Source of the DNA: Planctomycetota bacterium
GTDB taxonomy: Bacteria; Planctomycetota; UBA1135; UBA2386
Assembly: GCA_965228735.1 (NCBI GenBank)
Contig: OZ245838.1
Span: 2,016,001-2,080,000, forward strand
Direction of reading: 5' to 3'
DNA length: 64,000 bases
Shown here: in pieces, positions 1 to 10,400 of the stretch
How positions within the stretch are numbered: the stretch's first letter is position 1
Layout of the letters: each line of letters opens with the position of its first letter
Notes under the pieces: generated by a model
Database searches by the model: none
Told to the model about the DNA's origin: nothing
Seen by the model: the letters and a program-made list of their open reading frames with translations, nothing else
Position numbers and translations under genes: made by a program

Positions 1-123
1 GCCGAGCGGTCGACCACCACGAATTCGTATCCGGTCCAAAGCCCCTCCGAGAGCCAAGAGCCATCGCCCCGCGACCGATTCAGAGAGCAGAATCGCATCC
101 GGGACGAGCCACCGCCACACACG

Positions 124-202
124 GTTGCCTCCACCTCGCTCAGCGGTCGGACCACGAACGAATCGTGGCGTACCGATGAGCGACTGACCGACCGAGGCAA
201 CG
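124..202 (-). other. Long interrupted hairpin in non-coding leader (structured RNA candidate)
   Basis: Nested complementary segments: gttgcctc/gaggcaac, tcgctca/tgagcga, cggt/accg, ccacga/tcgtgg. Confidence 0.4.
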
Positions 203-219
203 GTCTGCGCCGAGTCCCC

Positions 220-247
220 GTTCTACCCATCGTGGAAAAAGACGCAA
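220..247 (-). promoter_or_regulatory. Candidate sigma70-type promoter reading leftward out of the window
   Basis: Minus strand reads TTGCGT-N16-TAGAAC (247-242, 225-220) in a locally AT-richer non-coding stretch just after the permease stop. Confidence 0.35.
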
Positions 248-255
248 GAGCGCAA

Positions 256-1683
256 TCACGATGTTCGTACCTTTCCACGACGCGCGAAGGCGAGCCCCGC
301 GACGACGACCAACGTGCCGACGAGGGAGGCGCTCGTGCGCGCGTAGAACGCGGCGACCGTGACCGCCGCGGCGCCGAGCGTGAAGACGACCGCGGCACTC
401 GTCGCGACCGGCGCGGGCAGCCGCGCCGAGCCGGTGGCCGGACGCAGACGCAGCGCCGCGACCCCGCACAGCGCGAAGAAGAGCCAGTCGACGTAGACTA
501 CGCCCGAACAGACGAAGTCGAGCGTGTCGATCGCGCCGTGATGATGCCCCGCGGCAGCCGCGGCACCCTCACCGGCGGCGTCGCGCCACAGTCGCTGCAC
601 CGCGGCGAGCCCGAAGTGCACCGCGATCACGAGCACGATCGCCCACACGCCCTGCCCGAGCACCCCGAGCACCGGCGTCCCGAACCGCGGGTGCAGCCGA
701 CCGAACGCCGCCGGGAAGCACCCTTCCTGCGCCATCGCGTAGAGCACGTACGGCGGCGCGAGGCAGATGGTGTTGAGGATGCCGGCCGCGGAGACGACGA
801 CGATCGCCGCGAGCACCCGTCCGCCGATGTCGCCGAGTGCCGCCGCCGCCGCGTCCGCGCCGATCGCCGAGCTCGCGCGCGCACCCTCGAACCCGAGCAG
901 GTCGAGGTAGGCGACGTTCACCGACATGTAGGTGAGCACGACGACCGCGACGCCGAAGAGCATGCCGAATGCGACGCTCCATGGCCGCCGCGCGGCGCCC
1001 GCGACGAACGAACCCTGCTGCCAGCCGCCCGTCGCGAACAGCACCGGCAGGATCGCCGCACCGAGCATCGCGAGGGTCGACCGATCGCTCGGCTCCGGTA
1101 CTGCAGCAGCCGTCGGCGCCGGCGCCGGCGCCGGCGCGAACCACGCGACACCGACGAGCCCGGCGAGCGCCAGGACCTTGAGCACGGTCAGCGTGTTCTG
1201 CACGCGCTTGCCCGTGCGCAGCCCGAGCACGTTCAAGGCCGTGAACACCGCGATCGCCCCCGCCGCGATGAACACCTTCGCCGGCGCGGACCACGGCCCG
1301 GCCGGCGCGATGGCCTTCTCGAGGTAGTTGGCGAGCAGCAGCCCGACGATGCCCGCAGCGCCCGCCTGCACGATGAGCCAGTTGCTCCAGCCGTACAGGA
1401 ACGCGGGGATGTCGCCGAACGCTCGCCGCACGTAGCGATACATGCCGCCGTGACCCGGCACGGCGAGTGCGAGCTCCGCGAACACGATCGCGCCGAGCAC
1501 CGCGAGCAGCCCCCCGAGCCCCCAGGCGAGCATGACCTGACCCGGCGTGTCGACGGCCGCCGCCACCTTCTGCGGCGTGAAGAAGATCCCGACGCCGATG
1601 ATGCCGCCGACCACCACGCAACCGATGTCGAATGCCGAGAGTTCACGCGGCTCCGTGCCGCACTCCGGGCGCGGCCCGCTCAC
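256..1683 (-). CDS. APC-family amino acid permease
   Basis: GGIIGVGIFFTP TM1 motif, FAEL...P..GG.Y.Y, about 12 hydrophobic segments, F..LHPRFGTP. GTG start overlaps the upstream stop. Confidence 0.9.
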   Translation of the reverse strand: MSGPRPECGTEPRELSAFDIGCVVVGGIIGVGIFFTPQKVAAAVDTPGQVMLAWGLGGLLAVLGAIVFAELALAVPGHGGMYRYVRRAFGDIPAFLYGWSNWLIVQAGAAGIVGLLLANYLEKAIAPAGPWSAPAKVFIAAGAIAVFTALNVLGLRTGKRVQNTLTVLKVLALAGLVGVAWFAPAPAPAPTAAAVPEPSDRSTLAMLGAAILPVLFATGGWQQGSFVAGAARRPWSVAFGMLFGVAVVVLTYMSVNVAYLDLLGFEGARASSAIGADAAAAALGDIGGRVLAAIVVVSAAGILNTICLAPPYVLYAMAQEGCFPAAFGRLHPRFGTPVLGVLGQGVWAIVLVIAVHFGLAAVQRLWRDAAGEGAAAAAGHHHGAIDTLDFVCSGVVYVDWLFFALCGVAALRLRPATGSARLPAPVATSAAVVFTLGAAAVTVAAFYARTSASLVGTLVVVAGLAFARRGKVRTS

Positions 1684-2567
1684 GGTTCGCTCCGCGGCGG
1701 TTCGAAGTCGTCGAGGTGTTCGGCGAGATCGACGATGCGGGTGTCGAAGTCGAGATCGGGAGTGAAGCGCTGCACGCGTTCCCCGTGGTGGTCGAGCACG
1801 TAGACCCGCCCGCCCTCGTCGACCGTCAGCGCCGTCGGGTCCACGCAGTTCTGCTGCAGTGCATCGGGCACGGGCAGCACGGCACCCGCAGGCGAGAACC
1901 GCCGCAGCCCCGCGTCGTCGCCACGGTCGACGACGAGGATCGAAGCGTCACCCGGACACCGGGCGACGGCGACCGGGCGCGAGAGCGCGCCGGGCCCGCC
2001 GGACGCGAACGCGGCGACGAACGTGCCGTCCGGGCGGAACCGCTGGATCCGACCCGCGAGCGTGTCGGCCACGAGCACTTCCGTATCGGCCCAGATCGCC
2101 TGGGGCGCCCCGAACTCGGCCTCGGGATCGCCGCGGCTCTGCAGCGGCGACAGCACGTTGCCATCGCGGTCGAAGCGCTGCACCGCGAAGCGGCGCGGCT
2201 GATCCCCGCAGGTCACGAGAATCGTTCGCCCGATCACGGCGACGGCGCGCGGCTGATCGAGGATGCCCGCGCGATCACGCGCGACGTCGCCGGTCGGCGG
2301 CGGACTCCGGCCGAAGTCGCCGATATGACGGCCGAACGCGGAGAAGTGCCGCACGCGATGGTTGTGCGCGTCCGCGACGTAGAGATGGAAGTGCTCGTCC
2401 ATCGCGACTCCGGCGGCGTCGGAGAACCCGCGGCCGTCATCGGAGCTCGGCAGCGTCCACGTGGAGACCCGTTCGCGCGCCTCGAGGTCGAACAAGAACA
2501 CGTGCCCTTGTGCTGCGGACCACGTCACGCACAGTAAGTTCGCTCGCACTGCGACCCCGCCGGACAT
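1680..2567 (-). CDS. NHL-repeat (6-bladed beta-propeller) protein
   Basis: Repeats GVAMD..FHLYVADAHNHRVRHF, LVADTLAGRIQRF, VYVLDHHGERVQRF. Start uncertain. Confidence 0.8.
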   Translation of the reverse strand: MSGGVAVRANLLCVTWSAAQGHVFLFDLEARERVSTWTLPSSDDGRGFSDAAGVAMDEHFHLYVADAHNHRVRHFSAFGRHIGDFGRSPPPTGDVARDRAGILDQPRAVAVIGRTILVTCGDQPRRFAVQRFDRDGNVLSPLQSRGDPEAEFGAPQAIWADTEVLVADTLAGRIQRFRPDGTFVAAFASGGPGALSRPVAVARCPGDASILVVDRGDDAGLRRFSPAGAVLPVPDALQQNCVDPTALTVDEGGRVYVLDHHGERVQRFTPDLDFDTRIVDLAEHLDDFEPPRSEP

Positions 2568-2623
2568 CCCCGCATGCTATCCAATCGCCCGACCTCGAAA
2601 ACACCCCGGCAGAAAGTCGGACT

Positions 2624-3008
2624 GATGATGACGGTCGGGCTGCCGGCCGTTCTCGTGCTGACGGTCGGCTGTGGCACGACGCCGCGACCGAGCTATCCGA
2701 CGTTCGTCGACCATCGCGTGCTGGCGACGTTCGAAGTGCCGGCGAGCGGTCTGCTGCGGGTACCGGCGACGACGCGTGATCTCGTCGTGCACGAGCTCGC
2801 CCTCGAGCCGACGCCGCGCGCCGAACGCTACGATGCCGAGGGGCGGCGCTTCCTCGTCTACGACGGCGGCACGACCGTGACGCTCGAGGGCCGGTTCCGG
2901 GTCTACGCGACCGCGACCGGGGTCCCCACCCCGGCGGAGATCCTGCCCGGCGCCGCGACGATCGCGGCCCTGCCCATCGTCGCCCCGCGGAAGCAGGATG
3001 GACCATGA
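2624..3008 (+). CDS. Hypothetical lipoprotein
   Basis: Hydrophobic N-terminus ending LTVG-C. Stop overlaps the next ATG (ATGA). Start could be 2574, 2624 or 2627. Confidence 0.55.
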
Positions 3009-4342
3009 CGAGCGCGGGGCGCTGGCTGCTCGAGAACGTCGTCATCGTGCCGCTGGACGGCCCGCCCACCGCGCCGCTCGGCGACGTTCGACCGGGCGCG
3101 ATCCGGCTCGAAGGCGATCGGATCGTCGCCGTCGGGCAACTCCAGCGAACGACCGGCGAGCGCGTCGTCGACGGCCGCGGCGCCACGGCCACTCCCGGGT
3201 TCGTGCAGGGCCACGTGCACGCGACCCAGACGTTGTTCCGCGGGCTCGCCGACGATCGCCCGCTGCTGCCCTGGTTGCAGGATCGGATCTGGCCGCTCGA
3301 GCACGCGCACGACGCGGAATCGACGCGCCTCAGCGCCCGTCTGACGTTCGGCGAACTGCTCCGGTCCGGCACGACGACGGTCCAGACCATGGAGTCCGTG
3401 CGCCACGCCGAAGTCACGGCGGGGGTCGCCCGGGACTCGGGCATGACGGTGATCACGGGCAACTGCCTCATGGACGTCGCGGCCCCGGACATGCCGGCCG
3501 GCATGGCGACGTCGGCATCCGCAGCCCTGCAGATCACCGACGAACTGCGGCGCGCGTTCGACGGTCAGGGTGACGGTGCGACCCGCATCCACGTCTGTGT
3601 GGCGCCGCGGTTCGTGCTCTCCGTCTCGCCCGGACTCGCCCGCGACGCCGCCGGCTTCGCGGCGCAGCACGATCTGCGCATCCACTCGCATGCGGCCGAA
3701 CACCCGGACGAAGTGGCGGCGGTGCGCGAACGCTTCGGACGCGACTACCTCGAGGTGCTGGCCGAGCAGGGCCTGCTCGGCGCCCGCACCGGCCTCGCCC
3801 ACTGCGTCCACCTGACGGACCGGGAACGCGAACTGCTCGCGGCAACCGGCACCGCGGTGCTGCACTGCCCGAGCACCAACCTCAAGCTCGGCTCGGGGAT
3901 CGCGCGCGTGCGCGACCTCGCGGAGCACGGCATCCCGATCGCGATCGGCACCGACGGCGCGCCGTGCAACAACCGGTTGTCGATGCTCACCGAACTGCGG
4001 CAGGCCGCGTTGCTGCAGAGCCTCGTGGCCGGGCCCGGGGCGTGGCCCGCGGCGCGCGCGCTCTGGACGGCGACGCGCGGCGGCGCCCTCGCGCTCGGCC
4101 TCGACGACACCGGGTCCATCGCGCCGGGGCAGCGCGCCGATCTCCTGTTGTGGGATCTCGACGACCCGACCCTCGGATCGGGGGATGTCGCGAGCCGACT
4201 CGTGTACGCGGCCGACGAACGGCACCTGCAGACCGTGTTCGTCGGCGGCCGCCCCGCCGCCCTGCCCGACTTCACCGAGCTCGCCCGTGAGCGCGACCGG
4301 CACGTGCCAGCGTTGCTCGCGCGGGCCGGCATCGCGCGCTGA
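3005..4342 (+). CDS. Metal-dependent amidohydrolase (MTA/SAH/5'-deoxyadenosine deaminase-like)
   Basis: PGFVQGHVH metal motif, HSHAAE, LAHCVH, HCPSTNLKLGSG, GTDG..CNN, GSIAPGQRADL. Confidence 0.9.
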   Translation: MTSAGRWLLENVVIVPLDGPPTAPLGDVRPGAIRLEGDRIVAVGQLQRTTGERVVDGRGATATPGFVQGHVHATQTLFRGLADDRPLLPWLQDRIWPLEHAHDAESTRLSARLTFGELLRSGTTTVQTMESVRHAEVTAGVARDSGMTVITGNCLMDVAAPDMPAGMATSASAALQITDELRRAFDGQGDGATRIHVCVAPRFVLSVSPGLARDAAGFAAQHDLRIHSHAAEHPDEVAAVRERFGRDYLEVLAEQGLLGARTGLAHCVHLTDRERELLAATGTAVLHCPSTNLKLGSGIARVRDLAEHGIPIAIGTDGAPCNNRLSMLTELRQAALLQSLVAGPGAWPAARALWTATRGGALALGLDDTGSIAPGQRADLLLWDLDDPTLGSGDVASRLVYAADERHLQTVFVGGRPAALPDFTELARERDRHVPALLARAGIAR

Positions 4343-4407
4343 CCGCGGGGCTGGTGTCGGCGATGAAAACCAGCGCGCTCGAGCTGGGCCTGCACTACAG
4401 TCCACGG

Positions 4408-4902
4408 ATGCACGTCCGTCGACCGATCGTCCTCGGCCTCCTCGCCGCCGTCGTCGCGTGTTCGGCCCTGCCCGACGGTTCGAACGGTGGCGGTGACCCG
4501 GCGGGAGCCCAGCCGCAGGCTGGACAGGCTAGGGAGGCCGCGCACGGCGGTCCGGCCGCGCCCCCGCTCGCGCCCACCGATTGGGCGGACGCGATGGAGC
4601 ACCTCGACGCGCGCTTCCAGCAGATCAAGGCCGCGCTCGAACCGACCCCGCCGGGCGACCTCGCGGCCGTGACGCGCGCGGCGACCGAGGGCGCGGCGCT
4701 CGTTCGACTCGGCTACGGCGTGCACCGGGACCGCAAGGTCGACGGCTTCGCGCAGATGGCCCGCGAATGCGAATCGTGGCTGCTGCGGATCGCCGCGGAG
4801 GCCGAACAGGGCCACGGCGGACTGGCGCAGGATCTGTTCCGCGGCGGCGAGGAACGCCACTGCACGCGCTGCCACGAAGCCTGCGACGTCGTGCTGTGGT
4901 GA
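4408..4902 (+). CDS. Class II (cytochrome c'-like) c-type cytochrome, probable lipoprotein
   Basis: Helical protein with C-terminal CxxCH (HCTRCHEAC). N-terminal hydrophobic stretch ending VVA-C. Confidence 0.6.
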   Translation: MHVRRPIVLGLLAAVVACSALPDGSNGGGDPAGAQPQAGQAREAAHGGPAAPPLAPTDWADAMEHLDARFQQIKAALEPTPPGDLAAVTRAATEGAALVRLGYGVHRDRKVDGFAQMARECESWLLRIAAEAEQGHGGLAQDLFRGGEERHCTRCHEACDVVLW

Positions 4903-4948
4903 ATCGTGCTGTGGCGAATCGCTCTGCCGTGAATCGTACTGGGCTGAC
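4889..4948 (+). repeat. Degenerate 4 x 15-bp tandem repeat spanning the cytochrome stop codon
   Basis: tcgtgctgtggtgaa / tcgtgctgtggcgaa / tcgctctgccgtgaa / tcgtactgggctgac. Confidence 0.8.
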
Positions 4949-4967
4949 CCGACGCCCCGCCGCCCCG

Positions 4968-5867
4968 GTGAATCCGACCTCCGACAGCGATCCGCGCACG
5001 GTCCTCGATCGCTCGACCGGGCGCCCGATCCTCATGGCGCCCGTGCGCCGGCACCGGCCGATGCACACGACGAGCGATCGCCGCGGGCTGAGCTGTCCGT
5101 TCTGCCCCGGCGCCGAGGATCAGACCCCGCCCGAGATCGAAGCCGAACGCGGCCCGGACGGCCGCTGGCACGCCCGGGCGTTCGACAATCTCTACCCCGC
5201 GAGTGCCGTGCACGAGGTCGTGGCGGAGGGTCACCACCATGCGGAACATCCGGCCGACCTCGACCTCGACACCTGGCGCGCCGTGATTCGGCTGTGGCAA
5301 CGCCGGGTGGCGGCGCTCGAGACCCGACCCGACGTCGGGTGCACGTTCCTGTTCAAGAACGTCGGCGCCTTCGCCGGCGCCTCGATCGCGCACAATCACA
5401 GCCAGGTGATCGGACTGCCGGAACCGCCGCCCCGCATCCAGCTCGAGGCCGAACTCGCGAAGTCGGCGGCGAGCTGCCCGTGGTGCGATGAGATCGCGAC
5501 GGCAGCGGCGAGCAATCGCGAGATCCTGACGACGCCGAACCACGTCGCGCTGTGTCCGAGCACGCCGAAGATGCCGCTCGAGACGTGGCTGCTGCCGCGC
5601 GACTGCGCCGACGAGTTCCTCACGACGGACGTCGACTCGCTCGCGCAGGCGCTACACCGGCTGTTCTTCGCGGTCGCAGCCCACCTCGATCGCCCGGCCC
5701 TCAACTTCTGGCTCCATCGCCTGCCCGGCGCGGAGTTCCACTGGCACTTCGAACTGCAGCCGCGCACCGGCCAGGTCGCGGGGCTCGAAATCGGCGGTGA
5801 CATGTACATCAACTCGTTCCCGCCCGCCCAGGCCGCACGCGATCTGCGGAACGCGCTCCCGAACTGA
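4968..5867 (+). CDS. GalT-family (galactose-1-phosphate uridylyltransferase-like) nucleotidyltransferase
   Basis: D..TGR.ILMAP.R..RP, CPFCPGAE, N.YP, HEVVAE, FKNVGAFAGASIAHNHSQ (HxHxQ), CPWC, FHWHFEL.PR...AGLEIG. GTG start inferred. Confidence 0.85.
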   Translation: MNPTSDSDPRTVLDRSTGRPILMAPVRRHRPMHTTSDRRGLSCPFCPGAEDQTPPEIEAERGPDGRWHARAFDNLYPASAVHEVVAEGHHHAEHPADLDLDTWRAVIRLWQRRVAALETRPDVGCTFLFKNVGAFAGASIAHNHSQVIGLPEPPPRIQLEAELAKSAASCPWCDEIATAAASNREILTTPNHVALCPSTPKMPLETWLLPRDCADEFLTTDVDSLAQALHRLFFAVAAHLDRPALNFWLHRLPGAEFHWHFELQPRTGQVAGLEIGGDMYINSFPPAQAARDLRNALPN

Positions 5868-5891
5868 AGCCGACGACGTGAGGAGCAACTC

Positions 5892-6701
5892 ATGACGGAG
5901 TACGAACTCACGCCGACGCACCGCCAGGAGTTCCGCGACCGGGGCTGGACGACGCTGCGCGATTTCGTGCCCGAGGCCGTGCTCGCGCAGCTCGAGGTGC
6001 ACTACGAGCGACTGCTGCGGCGCGAGGTGCCGGTCGCTGGGCGCGACTACTGCGACATGACGGGCGACTACGACCGCCCGGTCGAGGAGTACGCGATCCT
6101 CAACGTCATGCTGCCGCGGCGCTACGAGCCGGCGCTGTGCGACAACGGCTACGAGCTGCGCGCCGCCGCGGTCGCCCGCGCCCTCTGCGGCGACGACATG
6201 GCGCTCGACTACGATCAGTTCGTCGCCAAGCCGCCGGGCCAGCCGGACGCCGTCTTCCACTGGCACCAGGACCTCGGCTACTGGCCCGTCACTCCCGACA
6301 CCCGCACGGCGTCGTTCTGGCTCGCGCTCGACGAGGTCGACCTCGACAACGGCTGCGTGCAGTTCGTCGACGGGTCGCACGACGAACCCGAGCTGCGGCC
6401 GCACGAGCCCCTGCTCGGCGACCGCGGCGACAACCACACGATGGTCGCGCGGGTCGACCCGAACGTCGACCGTATCCAGCCGGCCCGGCTGCGGCGCGGG
6501 GACGCCACGGTGCATCACGAACGCACCGTCCACGGCTCGGGCGGCAACGCGAGCACCCGGTGGCGCCGGGGCTACGTCGTCGCGTTCCGCGCCGCGGGCA
6601 CGGTGCAGGCGGAGCGCGCGATGGGGTTCTCGCACTCGCACAACGACGACCCCGCCGTGCTGGCCCGGATCGCGCGCGAGCGCCGCGGCGCCGGCGACTG
6701 A
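5892..6701 (+). CDS. Phytanoyl-CoA dioxygenase (PhyH) family Fe(II)/2OG oxygenase
   Basis: KPP...WHQD, WLALD....NGC..FVDGSH, H...TVHGSGGN....R. RBS aggag upstream. Confidence 0.9.
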   Translation: MTEYELTPTHRQEFRDRGWTTLRDFVPEAVLAQLEVHYERLLRREVPVAGRDYCDMTGDYDRPVEEYAILNVMLPRRYEPALCDNGYELRAAAVARALCGDDMALDYDQFVAKPPGQPDAVFHWHQDLGYWPVTPDTRTASFWLALDEVDLDNGCVQFVDGSHDEPELRPHEPLLGDRGDNHTMVARVDPNVDRIQPARLRRGDATVHHERTVHGSGGNASTRWRRGYVVAFRAAGTVQAERAMGFSHSHNDDPAVLARIARERRGAGD

Positions 6702-6748
6702 CGAACCGCCGGGTATACTTCGATCCGATCGACCCGTTTCACCGGAAT

Positions 6749-6778
6749 TCGCGAACGCGCGCGAGCGCGCGGTCGCTG
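6749..6778 (+). promoter_or_regulatory. Upstream motif shared with 11939-11968 (candidate regulator or ECF promoter site)
   Basis: tcgcgaacgcg-N12-gtcgctg upstream of the ECF gene. The same two blocks with the same spacing occur on the minus strand upstream of the 11909 gene. Confidence 0.35.
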
Positions 6779-6814
6779 CGATCCCAGCGGGACCCGGGGG
6801 TTCGGCCAGCAGTC

Positions 6815-7411
6815 ATGAGCGACAACCACGAGACAGCGACGGGGCGATCGAGCGACGGCGGCGGTCCGGCCCCGAACTACGACGAGCTGTTCGCCCGCAA
6901 CCTGCCGGCGCTGGCCGCCTACGTGCGCGCCCGGGTCGGCAGCGGCCTGGCCGCGCGCGAATCGGTCAGCGATCTGACCCAATCGGTGTGCCGCGAGGTC
7001 CTCGACGACCTCGACGAACTCCGCTTCGAGTCCGACGAGGCGTTCCGCGCCTACCTCTTCCTGCAGGCCTCGCGCAAGGTCGTCGATCGTGCCCGGTTCT
7101 ACCGGATGAAGAAGCGCGACGCGGGGCGCGAGGTGGTGATCCCATCGGACCGGGAGTCCAAGGAGATGCTGAGGAGCCTCGCGATGCTCGTGACGCCGTC
7201 GCGCGCGGCCGGCGCCCGCGAGGAGCTCGACCGGGTCGAGCAGGCCCTCCAGGAATTGCCCGACAACCAGCGCGAGGCCGTTCTCCTGAGCCGTATCGGC
7301 GGCATCTCGTACGGCGATATCGCGCGGCAGATGACGCTGTCCGAGTCCGCCGTGCGCGGACTCGTCGCCCGCGGGCTGGCCCGCCTCGCCGCGATCCTCG
7401 GGCGCGGGTAA
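6815..7411 (+). CDS. ECF sigma factor of the Ser/Thr-kinase-associated type
   Basis: sigma2 (LAAYVRAR...ESVSDLTQSV...FRAYL...RKVVDRAR) and sigma4 (ALQELPDNQREAVLL...SYGDIARQM..SESAVRGLVARGL). TPSR linker. Confidence 0.9.
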   Translation: MSDNHETATGRSSDGGGPAPNYDELFARNLPALAAYVRARVGSGLAARESVSDLTQSVCREVLDDLDELRFESDEAFRAYLFLQASRKVVDRARFYRMKKRDAGREVVIPSDRESKEMLRSLAMLVTPSRAAGAREELDRVEQALQELPDNQREAVLLSRIGGISYGDIARQMTLSESAVRGLVARGLARLAAILGRG

Positions 7412-7435
7412 CCGCCGCGCTACACTTCTGGGCCG

Positions 7436-10400
7436 ATGTCTGGCGAGCCGAAGCTACCTTCCGAGAACGATGCGCTCGCTCGGCTCGTCACCGAGTGCAT
7501 CCTGGCGTTCGAGCGTGACGGGGCCGACGCCGTCCAAGCCATGCTCGCATCGCACCCGGACCTCGCCCCGGCGGCCCGGCAACAGCTCGACGCGCTGCGC
7601 GATGCGGGACTGCTCGTTCCGCCCGCGCCAGACCCCGATCAGGTCGGTCCGTATCGGATCCTGCGGCGTCTCGGCACCGGGGGCGTCGGCACGGTCTACC
7701 TCGCGCAACAGAACGAACCCGTGCAGCGCCAGGTCGCGATCAAGGTCATCCGCCCGGGCATGGACACGCGCGAGGTCCTGGCCCGCTTCGCCGTCGAACG
7801 GCAGGCATTGGCGCTGCTCGAACACCCCAACGTGGCGCGCGTCCTCGACGCCGGGATGACGGCCGACGAACGGCCGTTCCTCTGCATGGACTTCGTGCCC
7901 GGGCAACCGATCACGCGCTATTGCGACGAACGCGCGCTCGACCTGCCGGCGCGCATCGATCTGCTCGCGACCGTCTGCGACGCGATCCAGGCCGCGCACC
8001 AGAAGGGCATCCTGCACCGCGATCTCAAGCCGTCGAACATCCTCGTGAGCGATCGCGACGGCGGTCCCGCGCCGACGGTGATCGACTTCGGAGTCGCGAA
8101 GTCGCTCGGCCCGCGACTGCTCGATGTCACGTTGCTGACGGCGCACCGCGGCCTCGTCGGCACGCTCGAATACATGAGTCCGGAGCAGGCCGCCAACGAG
8201 GTCGACGTCGACACGCGCACGGACGTCCACGCCCTCGGCGTGATGCTCTACGAACTGCTCACGGGCTGTCTGCCGTTCCCGTCCGAACGCCTGCGCCGCG
8301 CCGATACCGGCGAACTCGTGCGCATCCTGCGCGAAGAGACCCCGCCCCGACCGAGCGCCGTCGTCACCGAACGACCGGATGCCGGCCGCCGCGCGCAGCT
8401 TCGCGGTCACAACCCCGCGACCCTGCAACGTGCGCTGCGCCGCGAACTCGACTGGATCGTGCAGCGCGCGATCGAGAAGGATCGCAATCGGCGCTACGGC
8501 ATGGCGGCCGAGCTGGCCAGCGATCTGCGACGTTACCTCAGCGGCGACGCCGTGCACGCCGGGCCGCCGAACGCCTGGTATCGCTGGCGCAAGATGCTCG
8601 GTCGGTATCGCTACCAGGCGAGCTCCGCCGCCGCCGTCGTCCTGGCTCTGGTCGGCGGCCTGGTCACGAGCGTGACCTTCTATTCCGATGCGCACGCCAA
8701 GAGCGTGCAGTCGGCAGCGAGCCTCGACGTCGCGCTCGACGCCGTCGAACGCATGGTCCAGGCCGGCGAGGACCGGCTCAACATCGTGCCGCACATGGAC
8801 GAGGTCCGCCGCGAGCTGCTGCGCGAGGCGCTCGAGCTGCAGCGCCGATTGGCCGCTTCGACGGGCGAAGAACGCCTGCAGCGGCGCACGGCGCGCGCGC
8901 TGGCGGGGCTCGCGAAGGTGCAGGCCGAACTCGGCGATATCGAGCAGGCGCTCGACAGCAGCAGCGAAGCCCTCGCGATGCTCGGCCAGCTCCCGACCGA
9001 GATGCGCGGAGACACCGCCGAGCTGGCGCTGCGCACCCGCCTCCACTTCCAGCAGTTCCGTTGGTCCGAGACGCTCCCGCACAGCGACGCCGACGGCACC
9101 GAACGGATCGAACGCGCCACGAAGCTCGCCGACGAGCTGCTGCAGCGACCCGATATCGCGCCCGACCAGACGTTGCTTGCATCGCAGGTGTTCGTTGCGC
9201 GCGCACTCCGGTTCTCGGCCGGCGAGGTCGGAACGGCGGATGAGCTGTTCTCACGCGTAGCGGCATTGCTCGAACCGATGCTGGCGGACCCGGTCGGCCA
9301 CCGTGAGCGACTGCCGGCCGCACTGCGGGCCATGAGCCACTTCGCGCGCTTCTGCATGGAGCGCGGCGACATCGAGCGCGGCATCGCGCTCGGCGATCGT
9401 CTGCACGAGATCGTGGTCGCCGAGTTCGAGCGCAACGACGACGTGATTCGACGCGCGGGCCTGCTGCCGGCGCTCGAGTCGATCGGCTCCGTCTGGTACC
9501 ACAACGGCAAGTACGGTCGAGTCGTCCGCGAACTGCAGCCGGCGATCGGCACGTATCGCATGCTCGCGCGCTACTTCCCGGCCGTTCCGCACCATCGTGA
9601 GAAGCTCGCTCGAGCGCTGGTCCAGCTGGCGCTCGCGCGCGAATGGACGGCCGATATCGACCCCGCGATCGAGAACAGCACCGAGGCGGCGCAGTTGTTG
9701 GCCGAGCTCGTGCGGGAGTACCCGGAATCACGCGAGTACCGGGCCGGCCTGCTGTGGGCCTACACCAGCCTCGCTCATCACGCCGCGACGGCCCGCCGTC
9801 TGATGCTCGAAGCGGACTGGACCGAGAGCGATCGGGCCATCGCGCTCGGCCTCGAGCTGGCCCGCCACCCGGCGTTCACCGCCGAGCCCGGCACGACCGA
9901 GCTCGAGCGCCTCGCCGAGTTCCATCGCGTGCGCGGAATCGTCGCCGGCTTGCGGGACCGGCACGAAGAGGCGGCGGCGGCCCACAGAGAGGCGCTGCAC
10001 GGCTATCGGAAACTGGCCCGTCAGACGCCCGACGCCCTGCCCCACCAGCAGCGCATCGCCGACGTCGACGAGAAGCTCTCGCAGGCGCTGGTGCAGCTGG
10101 GCCGACACGCGGAGGCCGCACCGCTCCTCGAAGACGCGATCCGGCGGCTCTCCCCACTGCGCGGCAAGCTCGGCCACGAACGCGGATTCGACCGCACGTG
10201 GCGCCGCCTGCACGGCCTGCAGGCGAGCGTGTGGATCGCTCGCGGACAGTTCGAACGCGCCTGGACCGCACTCGACGCGATCGCGGAGATGGTCCAGGCC
10301 GACAACGACTGGATCCTCCATGACCTGCTCGCCAGGCTCGCGTGTGAAGGCGCGCTGCGAGCCCCCGCCGCCTCGGCCTGGCGCGAACGGTTCGCGGGGC

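Noticed and set aside
1113..1137. (ccggcg)n repeat in the permease gene
   Set aside because: Encodes a simple Pro-Ala loop linker, common in high-GC genes.
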